A stretch of 64,000 nt of DNA, from assembly GCA_902627615.1 (NCBI GenBank), contig CACOJW010000002.1:26971-90970 (forward strand), read 5' to 3'. Below the pieces are notes generated by a model that ran no database searches, had not been told where the DNA came from, and saw only the letters and a program-made list of their open reading frames with translations. Position 1 is the stretch's first letter, and each line of letters starts with the position of its first letter. Source of the DNA: an uncultured marine group III euryarchaeote. Its GTDB lineage: Archaea; Thermoplasmatota; Poseidoniia; MGIII; CG-Epi1. The translations under genes were made by a program, and so were the position numbers. Shown piece after piece: positions 35,734 through 43,600 of the stretch.

Positions 35734-37074
35734 CTAGTTTTTTCGTCGATTTAATCCAATAAATAGAGCACACAGGATTCCAATAATCCCGAGTCCGGGA
35801 GAATCTTGTTCATTATTTCCAGTTCCAGTACCTTCGAATTGCTTAGCTTCACTGGCTGCAAAACCTTGTTTTCCGTCAACCAACAAAATTCGATACCAAA
35901 CAGGATCTCCGTCACTAAATTCAATAGATGCAGAAGCTACATTATTTTCATCTATTTCCATAGGCATTACTCCCCAAGCTTCATCATTGTATGAACCATT
36001 ATGGAAATTATAAATTATATAAGCTGAACCGATTCCATCTTCATCTTCAAGAGTGGCACTAACTTTAGCTACGCTTCCTTCTAGCTTTTCATCATAACTA
36101 ACAACTTTTGGAGGCTCGTTTTGCTCGTCATATGCAGTTGATTCAGGAGTTGCTGAATTAGCAGCTCTTGGGGTATCTGCTGCGTTGCCCGTTTTTCCAG
36201 ATGAAGTAGTTCTGGAAGTATCATCATTGTCGTATACTACAGCTACAACAGAAATTTTGGCAGGATTGATTGGTGTAAGAATAGGATGTTCACCTTCTTG
36301 GGGATTTCCATCATGATCTTCGTGACCACTTGGATACATAATTGTTTCAGGAATTATCCATTCAACTTCATTACTCCAGGTTTCACCAGGTAATAGTTCA
36401 ACTTGAGCATTATGAAGAGCCGTTTCTCTGAAAACGTTGTGAGTCATAACTTCTTTATCTTCGACAGAACTCCAAGCCATGATGTCATCTTCAACTACAA
36501 ACAAGTAAACGCTTGAATCAAGTTGATCAGGATCAGTTGGAAGGCGAATGCCTCCTTCACCCAAATAAGTTAAGTTTACAGTAAATACAAATCGGTCTTC
36601 CCTAAATTCTTGCCAGACCCTTAGTTCTGTTGGTTTAACCTCTCTTTCACCACATTCAAAATAATGATCTTTGTAAGTATCATAAGTACCGTCTCCACCA
36701 CCTAATTCTTCGATGTATCCTCCATCAAATTGAGCATCAGGAGTACCCTGCACTGAGTAATGGTTGTAACGGTCTTTAGCTTCTTGACTAGCAAATTCAT
36801 CATCTGATCCACCATTTATTTGGTGAAATGATACAAATGTTACAGGGTGAGAAGGATCTTCTCGAAATTCTTTCCATAGTTTTGCCACATCTGGGTCAAT
36901 ACCCATACATGGAGGGCAGCCTAAGCTGGTAAATTGCTCCATGAGAGGCCTGTGAGTCCATCCGTTAGGATATTCATCTGGTTCAGTATTGCTAGCCCCG
37001 GTAGGAATTGAAATTGATGAAATAACAAATATAAAACAAACAGCTATGGTTAGTAAATTTAGTCTCTTGCTCAC
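35734..37074 (-). CDS. Surface-anchored thioredoxin-fold CxxC protein (CPPC), paralogue 1, with a PGF-CTERM-like tail
   Basis: Signal peptide; YPNGWTHRPLMEQFTSLGCPPC...FVSFHQINGG...VQGTPDAQFDGG (a DUF1223/Omp28-like pattern); C-terminus SPGLGIIGILCALFIGLNRRKN. Confidence 0.8.
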   Translation of the reverse strand: MSKRLNLLTIAVCFIFVISSISIPTGASNTEPDEYPNGWTHRPLMEQFTSLGCPPCMGIDPDVAKLWKEFREDPSHPVTFVSFHQINGGSDDEFASQEAKDRYNHYSVQGTPDAQFDGGYIEELGGGDGTYDTYKDHYFECGEREVKPTELRVWQEFREDRFVFTVNLTYLGEGGIRLPTDPDQLDSSVYLFVVEDDIMAWSSVEDKEVMTHNVFRETALHNAQVELLPGETWSNEVEWIIPETIMYPSGHEDHDGNPQEGEHPILTPINPAKISVVAVVYDNDDTSRTTSSGKTGNAADTPRAANSATPESTAYDEQNEPPKVVSYDEKLEGSVAKVSATLEDEDGIGSAYIIYNFHNGSYNDEAWGVMPMEIDENNVASASIEFSDGDPVWYRILLVDGKQGFAASEAKQFEGTGTGNNEQDSPGLGIIGILCALFIGLNRRKN

Positions 37075-37127
37075 ACTATCACCTTGAACTAATATCCTAC
37101 AGCACGTATTTTACACTTTTGCTCTTT

Positions 37128-38636
37128 CTAATCCCAAATTTCAGCATCATCCCAAGACCCTTCGGCAGGCCTTCTAGCCCACATAACAAATCCTGCGACA
37201 GCTCCCAAAACTAAGGTACCAACGGCAATCATCATAATTGGTAAATCTCTTTCTTCAGAAGGAGGAGTTCCGCCATCTGAACCTACAAATTGTAAAACAT
37301 CAGTTCTACTTGACGTTTTATTTCCATCTGAGAAAATAACTTGATAATAAATTTCATTATCGCCAGAGTAGGGAATTAATGAAGTTCCTGTAGCTCCAGA
37401 GTATGCGTAACAGACTCCGTTTTCGTCACAGACTTCTTCACCTTCAATTTTCATTTCATCAGTCATCCATTCACCAGTAAAATTACTTGATTCATAATTA
37501 TAGACTACAAATGCAGCACCTATGCCCTCATCTGCATCGAAGTTAGCGAGTATTTCTGCACCTTCATCAAGGTATTTTTCAGTTTTTTTGGTTATCTCAG
37601 GAACATCTCTCTCAGGGTTATCATATTCAGTTGATTGAGGTGTAGCAGATTGAATTGCCCTAGGTGTAGGATATGTGTCGTCACCGTTTGAGTCCTGATC
37701 GTTGCCAGAATCTGTATCATCGAGATCAAAAACAGCTGCAATTGGAATTATTCTACCTGGGTTGATTGGTATTTTGATGTCACCACTTACTCCATCTCCA
37801 TCAACTTGGGTGGTTGGAACTTTCCAAACAGCACTAACTGTGGTTGATTCACCTTCAGCAAGAGTAAATTGTTCATCATTTATTCCATATTCTCGAAATA
37901 CCATTCTATTATTCCAAACTTCGTCTAGATATGAAGAATAAGCAGGAACTCCATCTTCAACCATGAAAACAATTAGTTCACCGTTTAAATCAGGACTTTC
38001 TCCTAAAACATCATCAGGTTCAGTAGGGATTCCATCATCACCTCCAGTCTGTCCATGGTATGTGATATCAACACTTAGTCTGAATTGTCCAGCTTCACCT
38101 TCAGATTCAGACCCTATAAATTCACTGTAAATATCTAAATCTACGATTTTGAAAGGTTCGTCATTTCCTTCACCCTCTCTTTGTCCAGACTCAGACATTG
38201 CATTAGTGTAATCTTGATAGTTTGAATCTCCACCACCTCCAACATACCTATAATTTCCATCAAATTGAGCGTTGGGCGTTCCAGTTTGACCATAGTGGTC
38301 TCTCATTCTGGATTTGGAATCTTCAGTATGGAAAGGATCATCACCAGCACCTCCATTTGTTTGATGGAAAACAACAACATTGTAAGGATTTGATTCATCC
38401 ATTTCGCCATCATGAATTACTTCTTCCATAGCAGGATCAGCATAATTCATACAATACACACAGCTCAAACTCGTAAAAAGTTCTCCAAAAGGCCTGTGTG
38501 TCCATCCATTAGGGTAAGTTCTGTCAGAATTAGTTGTTTCGTATTCTATCGTTTCTTCAATGGCTCCTGAGGAGCAAGGAGAACAAAAGGATAGTGCGAC
38601 GGCCATCACTATAGCCAGTTTAACTGATTCCAACAT
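37128..38636 (-). CDS. Surface-anchored thioredoxin-fold CxxC protein (CVYC), paralogue 2, with a TM anchor and acidic cytoplasmic tail
   Basis: Alignable with 35734..37074 along its whole length: YPNGWTHRPFGELFTSLSCVYC, VVVFHQTNGG, QTGTPNAQFDGN, TPRAIQSATPQSTEYD. C-terminal TM IMMIAVGTLVLGAVAGFVMW. Confidence 0.8.
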   Translation of the reverse strand: MLESVKLAIVMAVALSFCSPCSSGAIEETIEYETTNSDRTYPNGWTHRPFGELFTSLSCVYCMNYADPAMEEVIHDGEMDESNPYNVVVFHQTNGGAGDDPFHTEDSKSRMRDHYGQTGTPNAQFDGNYRYVGGGGDSNYQDYTNAMSESGQREGEGNDEPFKIVDLDIYSEFIGSESEGEAGQFRLSVDITYHGQTGGDDGIPTEPDDVLGESPDLNGELIVFMVEDGVPAYSSYLDEVWNNRMVFREYGINDEQFTLAEGESTTVSAVWKVPTTQVDGDGVSGDIKIPINPGRIIPIAAVFDLDDTDSGNDQDSNGDDTYPTPRAIQSATPQSTEYDNPERDVPEITKKTEKYLDEGAEILANFDADEGIGAAFVVYNYESSNFTGEWMTDEMKIEGEEVCDENGVCYAYSGATGTSLIPYSGDNEIYYQVIFSDGNKTSSRTDVLQFVGSDGGTPPSEERDLPIMMIAVGTLVLGAVAGFVMWARRPAEGSWDDAEIWD

Positions 38637-38669
38637 ATTACTTCATTAATTTGCTAATATATTATACTA

Positions 38670-39221
38670 TTGTCAAATACCGAAAATACTTATTTTCTGG
38701 TTTGCATAGCATCAGTTGTGTTAGCAAGATATAGATTAACAAATAATTTTTTCCAAGACGCTTTAAAGATTTCCAAAGAGGAAGGGAAGAAGTTGTTGGT
38801 TATTGGTGATCCCTGCAGTGGAACATATTTTCAATTTATAACAAATTATTTCCTTGATTATGGACATGGTGATGTTACAATAGATTTGTTTGGATGTGGA
38901 AAATGCACCAGAATGGACATTAATGATATGGAAGCTTGGTCAAAATTTGAAGATAATTCCTTTGTAATAATGGAGACTGGCACTCTGTCTTTTTCGAAGG
39001 ATATACGTAAAGTCTTAGCTCAGATTAGAAGAATTTCAGGGGGAGATTTCCTTTCAGCTGGAGGAACACACGGTTATCTTTGGGAGAATTTTTTACACAA
39101 AACATATGATAAGAATTTGAAATATTTAACGCATCCATTTGATTTTAGGGAAGATTCTTTTCATAAATCAAAGACTTTAGCAGGTAAGGAAGTTTTAGAG
39201 CTAGAATTTATGAAATTATAG
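38670..39221 (+). CDS. Hypothetical cytoplasmic protein
   Basis: 183-aa ORF with a non-ATG (TTG) start in the track. KKLLVIGDPCSG is vaguely Rossmann-like. No diagnostic motif, and the start is uncertain. Confidence 0.5.
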   Translation: MSNTENTYFLVCIASVVLARYRLTNNFFQDALKISKEEGKKLLVIGDPCSGTYFQFITNYFLDYGHGDVTIDLFGCGKCTRMDINDMEAWSKFEDNSFVIMETGTLSFSKDIRKVLAQIRRISGGDFLSAGGTHGYLWENFLHKTYDKNLKYLTHPFDFREDSFHKSKTLAGKEVLELEFMKL

Positions 39222-39260
39222 TATGCGTATCTTTTTAACCCACTTATTTTAGTTTAAATT

Positions 39261-39536
39261 GTGGATATAGCAGCGATTGATGTGATTTTTTTAATTTTAG
39301 GATTTGGAGTTGGATATCCTGTAATGATATTCGCTAAGAACCGAGGTCCAATTCCTTGGCTTATAGTTCCTCTTGTTGGTTACTCTATTCCACTATTTAC
39401 TATAGGTCTTCATCCAATTGTTGTGGGACTATACTTGCCATTAGCTATCTACCTGATATACTGTGGTTGGATTGTTTTCCGGAATCCTAGTGCGATTAAT
39501 GAGTTATGGCTTAACCTTGAAAAGAAGGATAAGTGA
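39261..39536 (+). CDS. Small 3-TM membrane protein, unknown function
   Basis: 91-aa ORF with a GTG start, strongly hydrophobic throughout. Confidence 0.5.
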   Translation: MDIAAIDVIFLILGFGVGYPVMIFAKNRGPIPWLIVPLVGYSIPLFTIGLHPIVVGLYLPLAIYLIYCGWIVFRNPSAINELWLNLEKKDK

Positions 39537-39677
39537 AACTAAAGCCAGCTCATTTGCGTTTTAAGTACACTTATGTCCTCGACAAATGGTAGTGTACAGT
39601 AAGCAATTTCGGGACCTTAAATCGCACTCACTAACATTACAAAATAAATAGCCTCAGGCTTCCTCATCCGGCTTGTC

Positions 39678-39938
39678 TCAGTCTTCAATTTTTTCGACAC
39701 ATTTTGTGCAGCCAATAATTTGATTTTGTGCTCCACCTCTAATTTTAGCGCATCTCTCTTTTTTGCAGTTTGGACATTTAGATTTGAAAACTTCAGCTAC
39801 TTCATCTAAGTAAGCATCTACAATATCTCCTGCATATTCTCCAGCTCTCAGAGCTAAAGCACTTATTCCAAGTGCAAAACCAGTGGCACCGCCTATTACA
39901 AATTCTCCTGCATCTAGTAATAATTTTATTCCCTTCAT
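39678..39938 (-). CDS. Small protein: N-terminal glycine-rich hydrophobic segment plus a C-terminal C4 zinc ribbon
   Basis: GGATGFALGISALALRAG followed by CPNCKKERC...GCTKCVEK. A hairpin plus T-run follows the stop (around 39640..39665). Confidence 0.55.
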   Translation of the reverse strand: MKGIKLLLDAGEFVIGGATGFALGISALALRAGEYAGDIVDAYLDEVAEVFKSKCPNCKKERCAKIRGGAQNQIIGCTKCVEKIED

Positions 39939-40049
39939 ACTCTCCCGACACTGTTGTTTAATTTAAGATTATAGTTTTTCAGTGATAGGGTACAAATTGG
40001 TCTTATCCGTACTCAGTTATTAGGAATAAGTTCTCGTCAGAGGATACGA

Positions 40050-40137
40050 TGGCGCGGGGAGGGGGATTTGAACCCCCGTGGGATAAATCCCATTGGATTA
40101 GCAATCCAACGCAATGGCCAGACTATGCGACCCCCGC
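40050..40137 (-). tRNA. tRNA-Ser (GCU), class II with a long variable arm, CCA encoded
   Basis: Reverse complement GCGGGGG-TC-GCA..TGC-G-TTGGA-TT[GCT]AA-TCCAA-TGGGATTTATCCCAC-GGGGG-TTCAAAT-CCCCC-TCCCCGC-G-CCA. The acceptor, anticodon and T stems all pair. Confidence 0.9.
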
Positions 40138-40160
40138 TAAACCGTCTCGACAAACCGGCC

Positions 40161-40166
40161 ATATAA
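40161..40166 (-). promoter_or_regulatory. Candidate TATA box for tRNA-Ser
   Basis: CCTTATATGG on the minus strand, 24-29 nt upstream of the mature tRNA 5' end. Confidence 0.45.
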
Positions 40167-40219
40167 GGCAATTACGCTGAAACCCTAACCATTAAAGTGC
40201 CAAGTCAAATGCACAGCTT

Positions 40220-40780
40220 GTGAATATTAATCTGGTTACTTCCAATAGTGGAAAAGTTGAAGAATTGTCTTCAATTTTAGAACCATTTGGTCATTCAGCA
40301 TCTCAGCTCAATGTTGAATGCCCTGAAATCCAAACATCAACACTAGAAGAGGTAGTAGATTTTGGATTAGATTGGTTAGCCTCTAAAAATGTCCAGACCC
40401 CTCTTATCATAGATGATGCAGGAGTATTCGTTGAAGCATTGAAGAATTTTCCAGGCGTTTATTCTAGATATGTTTATGACACAATAGGCCTTTCAGGTAT
40501 TTTGAGACAAATGGAAGGTGTTGATAATAGAGCAGCCACTTTTAGATGTGTTCTAGGATTAATTCTCGATGATGGTTCTAAGCGTAAATTTGTAGGGGAA
40601 TGTAAAGGCAATTTAATTCACGAAATGAAAGGAACAGGAGGTTTTGGCTATGATCCTATATTTGTTCCAGAGGGATATGACAAAACTTTTTCAGAATTAT
40701 CTTCTGAAGATAAAAATAAGGTTAGTCATCGAGGCAGTGCTATGAAAAAATTAATTAAATTTTTGTCTGAGTTGAAATAA
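40220..40780 (+). CDS. rdgB: Non-canonical purine NTP pyrophosphatase (ITPase, RdgB/HAM1 family)
   Basis: LVTSNSGKVEE, IDDAGVFVEALKNFPGVYS, GGFGYDPIF and SHRG. Confidence 0.9.
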   Translation: MNINLVTSNSGKVEELSSILEPFGHSASQLNVECPEIQTSTLEEVVDFGLDWLASKNVQTPLIIDDAGVFVEALKNFPGVYSRYVYDTIGLSGILRQMEGVDNRAATFRCVLGLILDDGSKRKFVGECKGNLIHEMKGTGGFGYDPIFVPEGYDKTFSELSSEDKNKVSHRGSAMKKLIKFLSELK

Positions 40781-41553
40781 TGGATTCGTGTAAGAATTGT
40801 TTAAAACCTATTACTGAATCTCAAGTATATTGTAGCACAAAGTGCTGGCAAGATTATAAGGGCAAGAAGGAATCCACAAAATCACCTTTTGCAGATCTTA
40901 GTTTTTCACAGTGGGCTTGGGCCCAAGCATATTCCTGGATTTCAATAATTGGAATGATGTTTTCTTTATTTTTTATAATAATTTTAGTAGGCTCAATTAC
41001 GGACGTTTTCCACTATCAAATTTTAATATCAACAGCAGTATTGTCAGTATTTGTTTATCTGGTACTTAGATATACTAACGATTCGGAGAAATTAAGCCAG
41101 TTATTAGCTTTTCCAAAAACTATGGAAACTTGGAAACTCATCGGTTTTGCTCTTGTAGTAGATTTATTCGTTGTTAAACCTCTCAATATTGTTTTTATGC
41201 TTGAATTTTTCCCAGATGCACAAGAACAAGAGGTTATTACTGCCCTGCAAGAAATGTCATTATTATCCTCGATTATAACTGCTTTTTCCGTATCAATATT
41301 AACTCCGATTTTAGAAGAGCTCTTATTCAGGGGTTTCATATTAGGTATGTTTTTGAAATGTTATGATAATAAAGTAGCCATAATCTTTTCAGCGATTATT
41401 TTTGCTATAGTCCATGAGCCTATTGCAATAGCGATGGCTTTTGGAATCGGCTTGATATACGGTTGGCTCCGCGTTAGGACAGGTAGTATCATTCCTAGCA
41501 TGATTCTACATGCAATATGGAACAGTTTTGTAAGTATTTTAATTCTTTTTTAG
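40780..41553 (+). CDS. CPBP (CAAX-type) intramembrane glutamic protease with an N-terminal zinc-ribbon-like Cys cluster
   Basis: EELLFRG (motif 1), FAIVHE (motif 2) and HAIWN (motif 3). N-terminus MDSCKNCLKPITESQVYCSTKC. Confidence 0.85.
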   Translation: MDSCKNCLKPITESQVYCSTKCWQDYKGKKESTKSPFADLSFSQWAWAQAYSWISIIGMMFSLFFIIILVGSITDVFHYQILISTAVLSVFVYLVLRYTNDSEKLSQLLAFPKTMETWKLIGFALVVDLFVVKPLNIVFMLEFFPDAQEQEVITALQEMSLLSSIITAFSVSILTPILEELLFRGFILGMFLKCYDNKVAIIFSAIIFAIVHEPIAIAMAFGIGLIYGWLRVRTGSIIPSMILHAIWNSFVSILILF

Positions 41554-41591
41554 TGACAGCGTTTAATATATAGCGTGAATTTTGCGCTTCT

Positions 41592-43595
41592 GTGAAGAAT
41601 ATACTAGTATGTGTGGCTTGGCCTTACGCCAATGGACCTTTACACTTAGGTCATATGGCAGGTTGCTATTTGCCTCCAGACATATTTGCAAGATATCACC
41701 GTCTAAAGGGTAACAAAGTTTTGATGGTTAGCGGAAGCGATATGCACGGCACTCCGATAACAGTAACAGCACAACAGGAAGGCAAAACTCCTGAAGAAGT
41801 GGCAATGCATTATCATGCAATTAACAGTAAATCAATTGAAGAGATGGGAATATCTTTTGACTTATTCTCTCATACACATACTAAAGAGCATTTCGAGTCA
41901 GCCAGATGGATTTTAGATACACTTGATAAAGCAGGATATATCGAGCCAAGAGTTTCAGAAGAACCATATGATCCCGTTGCTAAGCAATTTTTGCCAGATA
42001 GATACGTTGAAGGCATTTGTCCACATTGCGAATATGAATCAGCAAGAGGGGATCAATGTGATAATTGCGGAAAGACATTAGATTCGAAAGAATTAAAAAA
42101 TCCACGTTCCAAATTAAATCCCGATGCCGAAATTGAATTTAGAGAAACTGAACATTTATTTTTCAAATTATCAGAATTCAGAGACACGTTACTTGAGTGG
42201 CTTTCAAGCGGTAAGGAGCATTGGAGGCCATCAGTAATTAATTTTACTAGAAATTGGCTTCAAGAAGGTTTGATAGATCGCCCAATTACTAGAGATTTAG
42301 AATGGGGTATAGACATTCAGCGTGAAGGTTATGAAAAGAAACGAATGTATGTGTGGTTTGAAGCTGTAATGGGTTACTACTCAGCTTCACTTCATTGGGC
42401 TAAAAATCAAGGAGAACCAGATCTTTGGAAGGATTGGTGGGAGAATGATGAAGCAGAGCATTATTATTTCATGGCCAAAGATAACATTCCATTTCATACT
42501 ATAATATGGCCGGCAATGCTTTCCGGTTGTGGACTACACTTACCACATGATGTTCCAGCTAATGAATATTTGTTATTAGATTCAACGCAATTTTCTAAAT
42601 CAAGGCGGCACGCAGTTTGGATACCTGATTATTTAGATAGATACGATCCCGAATTGTTACGATATTATTTAGCCTCGATAATGCCCGAGCAGAAAGATGC
42701 CAATTTTACATGGGAAGATTATGTAACTAGAATTAACAACGAGTTGATAGGCAATTATGGTAATTTAATGCACCGAGTAATTTCTTTTGCTCATAAAAAT
42801 TTTCCAGAAGGTTTGAGTTCGAATGAATCTACTTTACCTTCACTTAATGATAAAGTAAAAGAAGTGCATGAGCGAGTGCAGGAAGCCCTTGAAGCTTGTA
42901 AATTTAAGAGAGCCCTTCAAGCTATCATGGAATTATCTCAAGCAGGAAATATAGAATTGAACGAAGTTGCGCCTTGGAAACAAGTCAAAGAGGATCGAGA
43001 TGCTTGTGAAGCTACTTTAGTTACGTTTTTGAATTTATGCAGAAGTTTATCAGTTTTGATGACTCCTTTCCTTCCTAAGTCATCACAGAAAGCATGGGAA
43101 TATTTGAATCAGGAAGGAAAAATTGATGATGCCGGTTGGAATTCAGCTTTGGAATTTAAAGCAGAATTCAAACTACAACAACCACTACCTTTGTTCAGTA
43201 AATTGAACATGGAAGAAATATTGGAGAAAGAAATGCCCCCAGAGGAAGAAAATGAGCTAGCTAACGTCAAACCAGAGATAACATTTGACGATTTCAAGAA
43301 ATTGGATATACGAATAGGAACTGTAGAAAAAGTACAAGCACATCCTAATGCCGATAAGCTTTGGTTATTAGATGTGAATTTTGGTGGCCCTACAAGGAGA
43401 ATAGTAACCGGTCTTCGTGGAATATATGAATCTGAGGATTTACTCGGGAAAAGGATTGCCGTTTTGGTTAATCTAGCTCCAGCTAAATTCAGGGGTGAAG
43501 AATCAAACGGGATGTTGCTTGCGGCTGAAGGAAATGACGTAGTTAGTTTACTTCAACCAGATAAAGAAATAGAAGACGGTAGCGAAGTACATTAA
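41592..43595 (+). CDS. metG: Methionyl-tRNA synthetase with a C-terminal Trbp111/EMAP-type tRNA-binding domain
   Basis: HIGH (PYANGPLHLGH), Zn knuckles CPHC...CDNCG, KMSKS (KFSKSRRH), and a C-terminal DIRIGTVEKVQAHPNADKLWLLDVNFG. Confidence 0.97.
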   Translation: MKNILVCVAWPYANGPLHLGHMAGCYLPPDIFARYHRLKGNKVLMVSGSDMHGTPITVTAQQEGKTPEEVAMHYHAINSKSIEEMGISFDLFSHTHTKEHFESARWILDTLDKAGYIEPRVSEEPYDPVAKQFLPDRYVEGICPHCEYESARGDQCDNCGKTLDSKELKNPRSKLNPDAEIEFRETEHLFFKLSEFRDTLLEWLSSGKEHWRPSVINFTRNWLQEGLIDRPITRDLEWGIDIQREGYEKKRMYVWFEAVMGYYSASLHWAKNQGEPDLWKDWWENDEAEHYYFMAKDNIPFHTIIWPAMLSGCGLHLPHDVPANEYLLLDSTQFSKSRRHAVWIPDYLDRYDPELLRYYLASIMPEQKDANFTWEDYVTRINNELIGNYGNLMHRVISFAHKNFPEGLSSNESTLPSLNDKVKEVHERVQEALEACKFKRALQAIMELSQAGNIELNEVAPWKQVKEDRDACEATLVTFLNLCRSLSVLMTPFLPKSSQKAWEYLNQEGKIDDAGWNSALEFKAEFKLQQPLPLFSKLNMEEILEKEMPPEEENELANVKPEITFDDFKKLDIRIGTVEKVQAHPNADKLWLLDVNFGGPTRRIVTGLRGIYESEDLLGKRIAVLVNLAPAKFRGEESNGMLLAAEGNDVVSLLQPDKEIEDGSEVH

Positions 43596-43600
43596 ATTAG

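Noticed and set aside
38670-39221. Calling the 183-aa protein a SAM-dependent methyltransferase
   Set aside because: Only a weak LLVIGDP..G resemblance to motif I. No further MTase motifs were recognisable and the start codon is uncertain, so it is left as hypothetical.
39537-39677. Possible C/D-box sRNA or other ncRNA in the 141-nt gap (GATGAGG and CTGA-like strings, plus a GTACACT...AGTGTAC inverted repeat)
   Set aside because: The box sequences are imperfect (no RUGAUGA) and too close together. The AGCCTGAGGCT hairpin plus T-run is better explained as the 3' end of the small Zn-ribbon gene.
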